Source of the DNA: Phallusia mammillata
Taxonomy: Eukaryota
NCBI GenBank assembly: GCA_965637545.1
Contig: OZ281498.1
Coordinates: 3,100,001-3,164,000 of the forward strand
DNA: 64,000 nt
Reading direction: 5' to 3'
This document shows, piece after piece, positions 10,791-25,200 of this stretch. How positions within the stretch are numbered: the first letter of the stretch is position 1; every line of letters begins with the position of its first letter. The notes beneath the pieces were generated by a model, which saw only the letters and a list, made by a program, of their open reading frames with translations, was not told the origin of the DNA and did no database searches. The translations under genes and the position numbers were made by a program.

Positions 10791-13700
10791 TTACGAAACA
10801 CATGAACAGAAATGAAACCACCTTTTGACGACTCCCCTGTCGCGGAAAAAATCTCTTGCTGCTCGATCCCTGCGCCTTCTTGTGGCCAATATATCCTCCA
10901 AAAATTCTGTCTGGAGGTCGCTGTCGTCTAATCCGTTAAAGTGGTAAAGCTGTACAACAAAACAGTCGCAGTAAATAAATTATCACAATATATATTGTTT
11001 GTTAGTTTTTAAAAATTGACTAACAGGGATTTGACAGTTGTTGAACGCAAATGTGTAGAAATGATTGCAGTCAGCAGTAAAGGGGGATACTGATGATATC
11101 AAGTCGCTGTCGTTGTCTGATTCGAAAGGTGATGATGTTGCGCAGTTCGACACTGGAGTCTGAGAATTGCTGTCCGGAGTAGCTGTAAGCCACGAATTAT
11201 TTTCGCTGGCGACGCTGTCTGAAACGGAATTGAAAATTTTAATAAATATGCTAAAAGACCTTGCATAGTGAAAAGTTGGACCGATACAAATTGACCGATA
11301 ATCTTAAATTTTTTTAACGCAGCGCAATGACAGTAAACATGCCTAAACACAACAGCGTGTGAAAAAATGTTGGTATTGTGTACATTAACAACTGCATTAA
11401 AGCCAAAATATTTAGGCCAACACATCAACCTTTTTTAAACATGCTGACTTATAACTGCAAATACAATAAAAAAAGGCGGATTTACCACAGCTTGATGTCA
11501 AACTGTCGATGCACTCGACCAGTTCAGGAAGCTGGTTTTTGGACGAGATGCGAACAAACACGAATCGAATTGTTCCTCGACCCAACATTTCACTGCACAC
11601 CTCATGAGCCTTTGTTTTTACTAAAGCATAAAACAGACATTGCTTGAACTTGTAAATAGATATTTTAGGTAGCTACGTTGGTGCGGGTTACTCTCTTATT
11701 AATAACCAAAAACGAACTTAGTTTTGTGTATATTTGCCGGTTACACAAAACGGAAAGTTTATGGAACTAAACATTTTGTTAACCCATGTAAACAAACGAA
11801 AAAAATGAAATATTTACCATCCATGGGATCTACTTTATTTTCAAGCATCTTCATTACTCTTGCGAGAAGCTGTTGACCTGAGAATGATTTCTGTTGTCGG
11901 CATAAAAATCGTATCATTTCACCGCTAAGAGGTTGGTTTGGGTTTTTGACCTGACGCAAAAATATGCTGTTTTATTCACCAACAAATGCAATTCTCCAAA
12001 CGTTTTCTTAAAAATTTTAATTTTTTTTCTAATTTTACCATAATTTCGGTGTGGAAACCAACAACTTTGGGCGTCGGCATGAGAAATAGTTCCAGGATTG
12101 AGAGTGTTCCCTGCAGATTGTCTGACATTTCATCGACGGTGAGAACTTTTACAGATGCGAATTCCTTCAGCAGACATCGATACAACACAAGCAGCAGAAA
12201 GGCCCGGGAGTGAGCTGAATCCCCATGATCTTTTAACGATCTTGTGGCGTTACCAAGTTTCTGAAAAAAATGTTTAAAAGCGTTTCTGAACAATGTGAGC
12301 GTTGCGCTACAAGTAGCGAAACTCGAAAGCACTATTCCTCAAACCTGCTACAAAAACAAATTTTTTTTAAACCAAATCAAGCTTTTAAAAATTGAAAAAA
12401 ACTGTCTTACATTTACCCAAAGGCATTACAGAATTATACTTGATTAAGAAACTCTCTTTTGTGTAATGCGTACCGATATAAGGTGTTTCCAAAGAGTTTC
12501 CTGTACAACTTCGACTGGATGACCACAGAACCATTTTAGGCTGATATTGAGAGTTTCACGAACAGATGCATTAATCTGACCGCAATGTCTCTCACATGTG
12601 ACCAGATCCTTTTCAAGGCTGGATCTTGTCAATCTGACGTTGTACGTGAATGTGTTTAGGGTTTGTTCAACCTTTTCCACTAAAAGCTGACCGATCCGGA
12701 AGCCCCACATACTGGATAGCGACTGCAATGTGGTTGTGGCATATGTTTGGACGCTGGACTATAAAAAACATATTTGAAAAGTGTGTATAATAAGCAGTGC
12801 GTAGAGCATACGTTTGTCCATTAAAAGTATGCTTGTTTTGATTAACGTCAACAAAATTGTTCAAATGTAAACAACGGTGCTTAACTGTTATTTTCGTTTA
12901 CCCTCTGCTTTCGAAATTACAATTTCACCCTTATTTCTTTGTAACATCTAAAGTCTAGAGCAATGGTTTTTAACGTTTTTTTTTAATTATTTTTGTTACC
13001 CCTAAAAACAACCAAATTAACCTTTTGTTCTAAAACTAAAATTCCTCTACCCTCACAAAAGGATAATGATATCGTTGAGCTAAAATATGATGACGTAATT
13101 ACTCCCACTAATGGTAAATTAACTATTTGCAGGTAATTACTTATAGGTTAAGAACCACTGGTCTATACAGCTCATTTTTATAAAAAAATATATATATCAA
13201 CAATATGATGCTAACATGCATAACGTTGTAAACATCAAAAACCAGTTTCCTTACACATTCCCCCAAAGGCAAACTTTTACCATTGTGTGTAACAGGCGCA
13301 ACATATTACATACACTCTGTACCAGCACATAGACCGAAGTTGGCCCGAGAGGCATGTTACGTCAAATTTTAAAATAGGATGCTTGTTTGAAAGTCACATC
13401 AGGGGCATCAGGGTTCGACAACGCAGCGTGCCAAAATACTCGCTTTGGCAAAATGATAATATGTTCGCGTGCCACAAGTTTTATAGCTAGTGATTTAAAA
13501 AACGATTAGAAAGCAAACAGGTGTATGTTGCGTTTTTGGTATAGTTACATTAAACCTTAACAAACTAAACACAAGCAATGTAATAATTCCCATTTTATAA
13601 AACAGTGTTGCAAAGTGACGCAAACATCTTTTTGCATGGGTTAAAAGGGTTGCCGTCCACCAAACTAGGTACGTAATGTACTTACCATGGTGTTAGCAAA

Positions 13701-16700
13701 TACGCCGACAAATGATGATTGGGTGGTAAGACATCCCTCCGTGGCACTTCGAGGGCGCTGTAAGTCCGTTGATTTCATTACACATTCCTTTACATTCGAG
13801 CAGGTAGCTGAAATTGGCGAGCATTCTCTACCATCATTTTCTGGTGTGTGGGTGGACACATCAGCTTTGACTTCATCGCCATCAGGATTTTTATCACCTC
13901 TATGTTTTATTACGTCGCATGAGGCGTTTGCAAGGTGTCCGGGGTCAGTTTTTGTGTTGTTATTGACTTTAAGAGGTTCCGATACTGCTCTGCTTCGAGA
14001 CCTATTTGAAACGTTGCTCGCCTCAGAAGGGGCGTATTCCTGAAAAGGAATGAAGATAAATAAAATGTTTGAAACAAAAGAAAAATATGCGCAAAACTGC
14101 ACTGTACAGAACTACTGTATAAATCTGCATGTATGTTTCGTTGCGCACGTTTTAACAGCGTGATAAACACACGGATTTTGATTGCGCAATTAGACTGATT
14201 TTCACTAGGGAACGCTTGCCCCACAACTGCAAACGTCTAAACAGGGTGAACTGAGGGAATCCATCTCTGAAATTACATCCACATACATGAATGTGTTAAC
14301 CATCAAACCATAGTTTAGTAAACAGTATTGATTTTGCAAATAAATACCGAATCATAAGCTTTGCCGCCGACGGACATGGTAGAACCGCTAAATCCACGCA
14401 TCGACGTCCCGGTCGACAAAGTAAGCAAAGGAATATCCAGAGCCAGTGAGAGACGATCCCAAATTGCGTTCAATCCCTCACAAATTAGAAACACATTGTT
14501 TGACCTTCGGGCCATCTGGAAACACAAACAAATCCAGTTTATTCACGACTTAAACATATGCTGTACAAAGCAGTGATTTGTTTTTAAAACCGCCGGCATC
14601 TCCGCAAGATACGACCTGGTGATTTCCGCGATAAAACACGAAAAATTAAACTGCGGTGTTAACACCGGTGCATCCGCTTCGGGGCGTTTGGAAAATCATC
14701 AGCAGTCAAAAGTTGGGTCACTAAGTTGGTATATTTTGATGTGTATTTTACCACTAACTTTATTTAATACTGATCAGACGTAAACATGAGATTTCAAAAC
14801 GTTGCACTAAAATGAATAAGTTTTTGATAAGCAGTAATAACATGCTTTGGTCTCACCTTTCCATACACAGAATTTCGCTTTATGAGGCTTTCTTGTCCCA
14901 CAGGATCAATGCAAGGCGTTTTGTTGTTTCTCATCTGATGACGACAGCAGTCTACAGTTCCATTTCTCCTTCTGTGATAACGTAAATGTCAAAAAGCACC
15001 ACGAATGTTGTTTTCTACAAAGCTAAACGTTTAAGTCGGCTTTGTAAACACATAATACCCCATCATTAAAAAATGTTTAGAAAGGTGACTGTTAAATGAC
15101 CGTTAAGAGATAAGTTTCTACAAACAAAATTTCAGTAAAGTGCCCTGGTAAAAGTTAAAAATATAAATTCGGAAAAGTAAAATGTGCATTATGGTGTAGG
15201 GTTATACTGTTTTGTGCTGTTGTTTTCATGTTACCTTTCTTTCAGCTCTCGCCGCCTTTCCCTCGAAACAAACTGAGACACGTTGATTTTGGGAAAAAGA
15301 CACAGGTCAAGGTTGAGGGTACAATCACAGTACTGGTTGATAACCGAGGACATGGCCTGGAAACATAATGTTGGCTGACATTCGAGTTACTTTTGACATG
15401 CAACTTACAAATCTCACCGTAAATACTGCGGCCACAAATGTGTCTTTGTTTGTTAAAATCGTCCGGTTTTCGCTCCACTGCTGAGGTAGTCGATATATTA
15501 CGTCGATCGTTTGCGCAGAGAATGCAATAAACCTTGATAAACATAACGTATTTGTATCATTTGATTATTTCATGCCGTGTGTTTTAATTAGTCCATTTTT
15601 AAACACTTCAAATATCTTTAGCGTTTTTGTGTAAAAAACTCTTTGACTTCACAAACGCAAAAAGCGTTTGTGCTAAGCATGACCCCGTCTGCTAGCTGAG
15701 GCTCAACAATGTTGACACATCTACACATTGACCTTTGATATTGGTTGTTTATTAAAGGCCGGTGTAGTTTGCTATTTGCGTTGGTTGCAAAAGTCGCGTG
15801 ATCATCTGCAAACAATGACACAGCGAAAGCCATCAAAGGGCAGGGCTGGACAATTGGGCAAACAACGCAAATAGTACAAACAACTAAAAAGGCAATAATG
15901 CATTTAAAGAAATGCAACCGCGGCTGGAACAAAGAAGTACTTTAAAAACGGGTTTGAGTTGTGCCTAACGATACGATTCATAGGCAGCTATAGACAGCAA
16001 GTATGTGTTGGTGTGTAAAAACAAACAATAATACACAACAGTCAACTTTTCTTTTTTTCAGTATAATGGTTTTAACACATATAACCCTTGTCTTGTTTGT
16101 GTTCGGGGTCCAATAGGTTAAGCACTCGACTGTTGGTAATTTTAGTACTTCTCACCTGTTTACGAGCACCAGAAAGTCGACAGCAGCGCGAGAGCAATCA
16201 AATGACGTCGTTGCAACACATTTTAAATCTGCGCCTCTAGTTTCGGTCGTTTGGGCTTTCTTTTGGCCTGTAGTATTGAACAGATTTGAATCTGCAAGTG
16301 TTGATTCGGCGTGATGCGGAACTTCGCTCTGACTGTGACTGATGATTGTATTCATGCGAAGTCGATTTGCGCCCTAAGCAAATAACAAATAATGCAAAGT
16401 TCAGGAGCATGATGTAATTCGCACCTCGCACGACATCTTCTTTCTTATACTAAGCTATTAACAAACTTTGGCTACAGCCTACGTAGGCGCAGTTAAAGTT
16501 TGTTTAAATCCAAAGCTAGCAGCCATCTTTGACCAAGTAGAAAAAGGCACGTTGTTTTGTGGAAACATTACGCGATAATAAAATCTAGAATTCACATCTA
16601 AAAACGTACTTGTGGAATTTCCGGTGACTCCTCCTTCACAGGAACTCTGTTGCCAGATGGAGGTTGTTCGACGCGAGTGATGATGCAATCGGAACTGCTA

Positions 16701-19700
16701 TCACTGCTCGTTTCATCGTCTGTGGTGTTTCTCGACGAGGAAGACAAAAACGTTTTGATGTTGACCGGTTCATCGTCCCTCATACATTGCAGGATAAAAC
16801 CGCTCATCTTTTGAGACATACACTTGACCCAGAGCGGGGTAAATTTTGAGCAGACTTCCCGCCACGACCGATCAATGTCAGCCAATTGCAGTTTGTAGCC
16901 AGTTTTAAAGACAGCCATTTCGAATTCTGCCAATCTGTGCATGAATAAGCAGTTTAGTAATGTTAAATATCAAGTTCAATAGCTGACAGGCTGGGCGCAA
17001 GTTTTGGCGTTTGTAAGGCAAAACCTGGACGTTGGGTAAAATAAACTAAAGGCCAAGGCACATCACTGTGTCTACCGTAAATCATGTCTGCGTAAATTAA
17101 ATTATGTCCAACTGGAAAACTTGGGCAAAAATGGAACAGAGACACATATTGATCCGAATCGGGAAAGGATATTACAAATCCAACGAATGTTTGGAGTGTT
17201 TGGTTCTTATTATTTAGCTGGCGAAACACTTTAACAGAATAAAAAGACAAACAAAAGTACTTACTTGGAAGCAATAACAACCGACGCACAAATTTCTTGC
17301 TCGTCCTCAAACATTTCCTTTGACATTAACCCCTCGCCCATCATTGCAACATCGTTTAGAACGCAGTCGTACAATACAGATGCCCTCAACAGTCCAATGT
17401 TTTGTATGTACCGTTCAAATATTGACTGGTAAATATCGTGCACCTCTTGCAGAAGGGAATGTGTGGCGTAGTTGACGGCACGCAGCAATTTTAAGCTTGC
17501 CGACTGACCACACGGATCATCGCAAGCGCACCGAAGTTGCTTGCGGGAAATGTAGTCGTCTTTAATGGCACATCTGTACAATAATTATTTTATTTATTAC
17601 GATAGTGACAAAAATGAAAGAAATATAAATAGCTAGTTTTGCAAACGCAGGATTGAGAGATCTAAATAAAACAATGGACCGAGAATTGACAAATCATTCT
17701 TGGTAATCTGACTATTCAAGTGCACATATATTTTAAGTGCAAATAGATTAAAAAAACATTGTAGTCATAAACAACTCGTTACAGCTTATTTAAGGCCCTT
17801 TCGACAACCAATGGACACTGATCAAAAACAGAACATTTAAAGTTTATGTCAGCTTGCATGCTAGTAAATCTATATTGTACGTACTTGTCATATGACACTA
17901 GGGGGTAGCAAAGAACAATTTAATGCAAGATCTTGCGCACTAAACGTACATGCGTAAATGCTTGACGTTAAGAAATTGCCTGTCTCGCAAACCACAGACT
18001 TAAAACATCGCATCAAACCGCAGTTTAACAAAGCCAACAGCCACCTACTCGAGCCAGCGCTGAACGTAGTCGCACAAATCCCTCTCCGGTGCATCGCCAA
18101 ACTCGGCCTGAAACTCGTAGCATTTGCTGAGCAGGGCCAGGACCGACGACAATTGTTCGTGGTCGGGTTTCCACTGCGACACGAATGAGCACATGAGCTG
18201 CTTAATCCACTCGATCGCTTGAGCTGCAGAGCGATTGCAATTATGTCAGGCGATGCAAGGTTAGGTATGTTGCAGTTATTCTGTACGCCAGACATGAAAC
18301 TTCGTTTGTACTAAAAAAAACTGTGCCTTTGCCGAAGATCGTTTGAGTGGTTTACCAACAGTTTTTAAATTCGCGTATTGTCGTTCGAATAACTTTAAAT
18401 CGTTCATGAAAAGAAAAAAATATTAGCACGATACCAAAGTATTCGCAAAATATTTAAATGAGTCAAGATTAAAAATTGTGCGAATGAAAATCAGGTAACA
18501 GGTTAAGCATGGGTTGTTTAATGCAGACAAACATAAACACGGTCTGGCAGTTACCCGATTGCCTTGCGTCATGTGCCCTATATACACAGTACAATGCAAC
18601 TGCAGCTATAAAACCGCAAAGTTGCGCTATCAAAGTGAAATGTTAGGGGCCCACACTCGCTCGGTACAATAGTATTGCGACAGCTAAAATTTAAAATCAT
18701 GTGATACGATAGTAAACAGGTCGTTGTTAGATAAAATGCAAAATTTCAGTTCCCGAGGGGCGAAACATTGGTTAAAACCCTAAAAACAGCACCAATCAAA
18801 AAGCACCATGTGATTGCATCAGACGAGCGCAAAACATTCGTAATAAATTGCTAACTATGTTTGTGAATGGAAAAATTGCAGGTGTGATGTCATTCAGGCA
18901 GTTAAAATAAGCAAACACAAACTACAATGATGCAAATTTTGAACATGTACGTTTTCTACCTGTAAAATCCACCATAAACTCCAACTCTGATCCTAAAATA
19001 ACGTTTTTTGACGTTTTGTCCAAAAGCATGCTCATCAAATCTGCCAGCTAAAACAGAGGATTAATACATTTTTTAAATGTTGATAATATTTCGAACTTTG
19101 ACTTAAAATACGAAGTCGAAATTGACTGTTATGGCTTACCCGCTTTTTTATCACCCACAGAACAATTTGGTCACCAAATTGGAAAATTCCATCTTCACAA
19201 CATAGTTTTATACACTGAAGGAAAACTACGTGCTGCGTAACGGGGTTTATTCTGAAAAGGTGGGAAAATTCGCACAACAAACGCTCGGCTTTGGACGGCA
19301 AAAAAGAATGGTTATTATGAGGCGATGATGTAGATTGTGGCAGGTCGGCGTCGGACAGAGCACGTGTAACGCTGTCATGTTTTTCAGCGTTATAACCAGC
19401 TTCATGCGTAAGTATCTGTAATTAAAGTAAATTTAGCAATACAGTGGTATATTTAACTCCATTTGTTTTGTCAAAAACCATAAAAATGTACATGGGCCAA
19501 GTTTAAAAATCGTTTGATGTGTCAATGTTTAAAGTTAAGTCAAGTAATTATCTGTACAAAGAACAATATGTTTTTATAAGCCCTTTGTTTTTACAAGCTA
19601 TGACAATAATCAATGAAATGAATGATTCATTTCAAAGCAAATACAAATTCATACAAACTGATACAATCTTAGTGTATCATTATCAGGATTACCTTTAAAA

Positions 19701-21593
19701 TAAGGCTTTGATAATCCTCAACATGATTTCTGCAGGTCTTCCCAGCTTTATGAACACTCTTGTCAGATGGAAAATTGTCTCCCAACAGTTTGAAAAGTGT
19801 TTTCTGTTCTTCTTCATACCATTTTTGATAATCTTCTTTGGTCTAAAACACATTTATTTAGTTTTGAAACAAGGAAAGCTTAGAAAAAACTCAATGTAAA
19901 ATTGTCATGCAAAACAACACTTTGTACACAGGGTTTTTTTTAAGGTTTGGTTTGGGTGACCGCTAAGTAGTTTTAAGAGACCGCAAGTGTTTCATTTAAA
20001 TACCAAAAAATAGCCATGTTTGCTTAAACGAATTATTTATACAAATTTTGGGAAACACCTTAAAAAAACACTGGCTGTACATATTAGCACTTAAGAAATT
20101 CTTTTTATTTTAATTCTTTTTGTTCATCATTTGTAGTATCAGAAATCTAATAAGTGGTTCTAATTCTGTTGTAACAAAGATTTTTTTTTAGAAATAACAA
20201 ATAAATCAATCAATGTTTACCTGAAATTGATCTGCTCTATAGTAGGGATTTTCATTTGATTCAAGTTGGCATAATTGTGTAAATAGTTGTAATCTCATAA
20301 TTTTGTCTGGATTGTTCTCTTTGTCCAAAAGTTGTTTTTGATATTGATAATGCTTGTTTTTGCCCATGTTGTAAATGATGCGCAAATATCTACCCAGTAT
20401 TTCTTTTACACGCCTAAAATTTAGCAATTGCATAAAACATATACAACATACATTAATTTTCAACACATCAAAAGCATACCTGGCATTTTTGTGCATCATT
20501 GGAACCTCCATTGCTACACACACAAAATTGTTGATAAATGTTTTATTATTAAAGAGCAAGTAAGGTTGTTCAGCATATCCATTCATTTATTTATTTACGT
20601 CTATTTATACTTGGAGTACCAAAACAGTATGTTTTTTTACTGGCAAAATCAAATTTCGGTAAAATCGCCAACTGTTTTGTAAGTCATGCACATAATTCAA
20701 TGCAACAATCATATAAAGTGAATAATCCATCTAAACCAGGGGAAAAAACCTTGACTAATTGGAAATAGGACTAACCAAACTTAAAAAAGTATAGGACTTT
20801 ACAACATATACCTGGGGTTTGTGCTGTACATTGGGGTGCAAGAACTGGGTTTTGAACACAAATTGAGGCAGCTATGTACACTTCAAATCCATGTCCAGAA
20901 AGTCTTCCTTGTTTGTTAAGTTCTGCATGTACATCCAGGTTTCCTTTGAACAAGTGGTACATTAGTAACAGTTAACTCAATAAAGGTCTAGCGACATTTA
21001 ATTTTTAGATACCTGTGCTACTGAAGACTTCATCACTGAAAATGCTGGAGATGTCACTGGTTGTTTCAGAAACATCAGAAAGATTTTTTTTTATTGTTGA
21101 AGTTGGTAATGAAACTACAGAGTTGCGCTTTGAGTGTTTTTTCCTCTCATACAATGCTTGCAGCCTTGTTTCACTTTGACTGGATCTTTCTCTTGAACCA
21201 GGAAATTTACTATTCGCAATGTGTGGCAGCATGGTATCTTGAATTTCATCAAGTGGGCACTGATGAAGTTTCACAATTTTTTCAAAGTTGGAAAATCTGT
21301 AAAACCACATTTTGCTTTAACTTGAATCAGAAAATCATCAAAACTGTTGCAAATATATACCTGAACTTTGAGAAGTATGCCAGGGTGGATTTGATACATG
21401 TTGACTGCCTATAGAAAAGAAACATAAATTTAAGAACAAGTTTTTCATTTATCTTTAACATTTACACTGTTGCCTACAGAGAAATGGTTCCAACGGAGGT
21501 CGAATACTCTTCATGTTCATCTGCTTCCATAATTTTATCTATTACTTTATAGCACAACCTTTGTTGGTCAATCAATCTTTGATTATAATCCAT
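10791..21593 (-). CDS. Large multi-exon protein of unknown function (over 20 exons; weak resemblance to MUN/Munc13-homology helical proteins)
   Basis: Chain of open, GT-AG-bounded exons, e.g. MDYNQRLIDQQRLCYKVIDKIMEADEH (from 21593), TKEDYQKWYEEEQKTLFKLLGDNFPS (~19850), LPSKAERLLCEFSHLFRINPVTQHVVFL (~19290), ORFs at 17261-17581, 16598-16942, 13665-14040, 11976-12260, and last exon LYHFNGLDDSDLQTEFLEDIL...CVS* (stop 10791). Several internal exon boundaries are unresolved and the family assignment is low confidence. Confidence 0.7.
12961..13160. mobile_element. hAT-type MITE, 200 bp (intronic)
   Basis: CAATGGTTTTTAAC...GTTAAGAACCACTG; flanks GTCTAGAG / GTCTATAC (6/8). Confidence 0.7.
19929..20073. 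mobile_element. hAT-type MITE, same family as 33196-33350
   Basis: CAGGGTTTTTTTTAAGG...CCTTAAAAAAACACTG; about 75 bp nearly identical to 33196 onward; flanks TTTGTACA / GCTGTACA (6/8). Confidence 0.8.
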
Positions 21594-22205
21594 GTTTATT
21601 TCTAATACAAACGACTGAAAATGAAATAGGATTAATTTTTTGACTATACATGCAGTGAAATCAGTTGAGATTGTTGACAACTTTGGGGCAGACACAGTAA
21701 CACTAACAATGCACGTGATACCAAGCCTGATTGCACAAGTCATAACAAGCTCAGCTTTGCATGTCGGCATATGTAGAGGTAAAAGTTAATTATTAGCTCC
21801 AAATGAGACAACGACGCCCTTTTTCGCGTTTACTGAAACACCTGACAAAGTTACTGCAGTTCTTTAGCCGCAACGTTCAGCATTACGTTGAAAACCAAAC
21901 TTTCGTCAACACATGTCCCCTACGTCAGTGCAAAAAAGTGATTGATTAATCAAATTTGCGGAATCAATTTTTGTTGTGTGCCCTAATATCGCCAAAAAAT
22001 CAAAATGACAAGAAAGTTATGTTTACAATAGTGCTCAACCATGCGCATAAAAACAGTTATGCATCAGTGATTACACCAATCAGATATTGCTTTCAAAAAC
22101 AGCTGATTCATAATGGTCATCAATGCATAAACAGTTTCCAGCCTAAAGCACTTTGTAGTTTTTGTTTGGTTCTTTTGTTTTTTAGCGTAACTGAATATTT
22201 TAATT

Positions 22206-25200
22206 ATGCCACTACTTGAAAATGTTCCTGGTAGATGCGGGTACCCTGTGATTGGTGAAACATCAGTAGAATTTTACAGGTTTGTTGAATATTTGCCTAT
22301 GTATGGTTTGATTGCTTGTGCATAACCTTTAATTGTTTTAGAGACCCGGTGAAGTATGTAAACAGCAGAAACTGCCATCACACATCGGAAATATTTCTTG
22401 TCAGATTTTTAAATAACCCAACCATATTTATTTCGTCGCCCTGGCTAATTAAAGAACTTCTTAATGGTAAGTGTAAACTAAAAAACTGGTAGAAGGAATT
22501 GTGCCATTGATCTTAACAAATATAAAATACGACCACTTTAAATTGATAATTAAATTAAAGTACAGTGCTTTTTATTGCAGAAAAGTTTCATGATTTTGGA
22601 TTTGGGTACAAAGCATTTCTGCAGAAAATCTATGGTGACAACATCCTTTTTCACGACGGTGCTCATGCTGAGACATTACGATCATTGTTCGAACCATTGT
22701 TTCAAGATTCAACAAAATATCAACAATGTTTTGACAGGTAGATATCTTTTTTTGTGATATCATATGTGTTTAGCAAAATCTCTGAATATGGATATATAAA
22801 AAAACATTCATTTGGGATTACCAAACACTGTTTTTGTTTCTTTCCAGTGTGATTGATCCATTTGTTTCATCACTGAAAGGAAGGTGGGTTATTAATAATT
22901 TATAAAACAGACACATTTATTGAGTCTTTACTGTATGACATGTTTTAGTTAAGAATTCTTTTTGAGAAATGATTTTTTTACCATAGAACATTATGTAATT
23001 GGCTTGGACCATAGAAATTTTTTAAAGATGCTTGTTGTACGTTGGTTATATGTTAGCCAAGCACAAACTTACAATAATGTGTGTTTTGCATGACATATAG
23101 GCATGATGTGCCAATTTATGAAGAAATTAAACATATGATGACAAAGTTATGTCTGCAATTATTTCTTGGTTTGGATGTTTCCACATCTGAAGAGGTGGTT
23201 GAAAATATACAAGATCTTGCAACTAAACATTGGCATGGTAATAAACTTTATAATTGTGTTATGTCATGTGAGCATTATATCTTTTGATGAAAGCTATGTG
23301 TTGTGATTGAATACGGACTAATCCAGGTCTTCTAACTTGGACAATGGCCCCATTTGGACACACTTTTGAGGTTAAAGTGTGTGGCTGGTATACAATTTAG
23401 TTACACAGTACATTATTTCTGTTTGTCTTCTGTTTGGGGGTGAAAAACTTCATGTCTAGACTAATCTAATGTTAGGAGGATGAAACAAGGATGTTAAAAA
23501 GCCCTTGTCTAAACTTTATTTTGCAGGTATTATATCTGTTCCCATCAGCATTAGAGTTCCGATGGGAGGACCTTCTACATTTGCTCAAGCACTACAAGCC
23601 AAGGAAAAGCTGCTAGTTGCCATTAGGAAAGTTATTGCACAATCTCATTATCAGAGTGGTAAGCACATGTTTGTTCATACATTTTCTGGTAACCATTTCT
23701 GACAAAGAGAGTTCATAGTTGTTGTTTGCAGGACAACAATTGAGGATAAAACTCTTTATAAACACTTAGTGGCACGTTTTAACAGGATTATGGAAACCTA
23801 ATATGCCTATGACAACTGCCAAGACAATTTGAAGACGTGTGTTTTTAGTGCCACACAAAGGACATTCATGTGGTGTACTGAGTGGTCTTGGGGGCATTGT
23901 TCAGCTCTAGTTATATTAAGCATTCATTCAAGTATTGCGATGGTGCAAAGCTTGGAATTTGTCCACTAATCTTGTATTCCCGTTTTCGATGCTTTCAAAC
24001 AGTTTCATAAATTTACATAAATATGCTAAATATACTGGATACAAATAATTATTAAACCGGCGAACGACCACATTACATACATTGCTAGTCGCAAAACACT
24101 CCGGTGGTAACATATTTTTTCCAAGCGTGTTTATGGAAATTTATGTGCGTTATGTGTTGTTTTAACATGTCTAACTACCTTTAAATCAAATCCAAATCCA
24201 GTGTATACATACAGTAATAAATTTTCACGTATCTCCGCAGGCTGCAGGAACGTACTGCAGAGCATGCAAAGCATCGAATTCCCTGATGACAAAACGGCCG
24301 AGCAGCATCTGCTTATGTTCGTCTCCGCACTTATACCCAAAGCATTCGCCTCAATTCTCAACTCTTTTGTGTTAGCAATGTCAGGAAGCAAAAAGGTTGG
24401 TTCGGACACACACAAACAACTGTGGCCGTCGCATTTTGCCTGCGGTGTTTCACAGTAGCAGACTCATGCAAAGGCTATGCGAGTGCGTATATTGATATAT
24501 TGTGGTCATTTTCGTTGCTACAAAAAAATAGACCTGTCTTGGTTGATGTACAAGACATCGCTGTTAGGACACAAAACGGACATTTTCCAAGCTATTTTAT
24601 GCCACACGTTATAAGTATTATTAAAAAAACTATAAATTCATCAAACACTGCAAGTCTTTTTTCCTTAAGAAATTTATTTATAATTTCTGCTTTTCTAAAG
24701 TAATTATACCGTAATTAACGACGTAAATTACGTTTGCAAAATAAATACTCAGGTTAGTGTGTCTAAATGCTCGTACCAAATAAACATATTAAATTGTAAT
24801 TGTCGCCACAGTGAATGATCCCTTTATTGTAATTTAGGTGAACTTTGTATTATTTTAGCTTTGAATTGTGTGCTTTCTTGTTTAGAAAGTTTGGAGACAA
24901 CGAGCAATCGCCGATGAAAATTTTCTTGCTGACGCTTTACTTGAAGTGGAACGGTTGTGGCCTCCTTTTTTCGGCGGACGTCGATTGGCACTGAAACAAA
25001 CCACAGTTGGACGATACAAAATTCCTAAGGTAACAAACGCATCCTCTGTTTTAAGCAGAGTCGTGTTCCATTTTTCATTGTTTGAGTATGGGGCAACGCA
25101 TTAACTATTGGTGGCAATTAAGGTAGTCAAATCATATTGTTTGTATATGCGATTTAAGAATATGCTAGATTTTAGTAATTAATTGACTTTTAAGTTGCCA

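Noticed and set aside
10791-21593. Assignment to KIAA0825 or SIMC1
   Set aside because: Compared from memory with the human sequences and found no alignable motifs.
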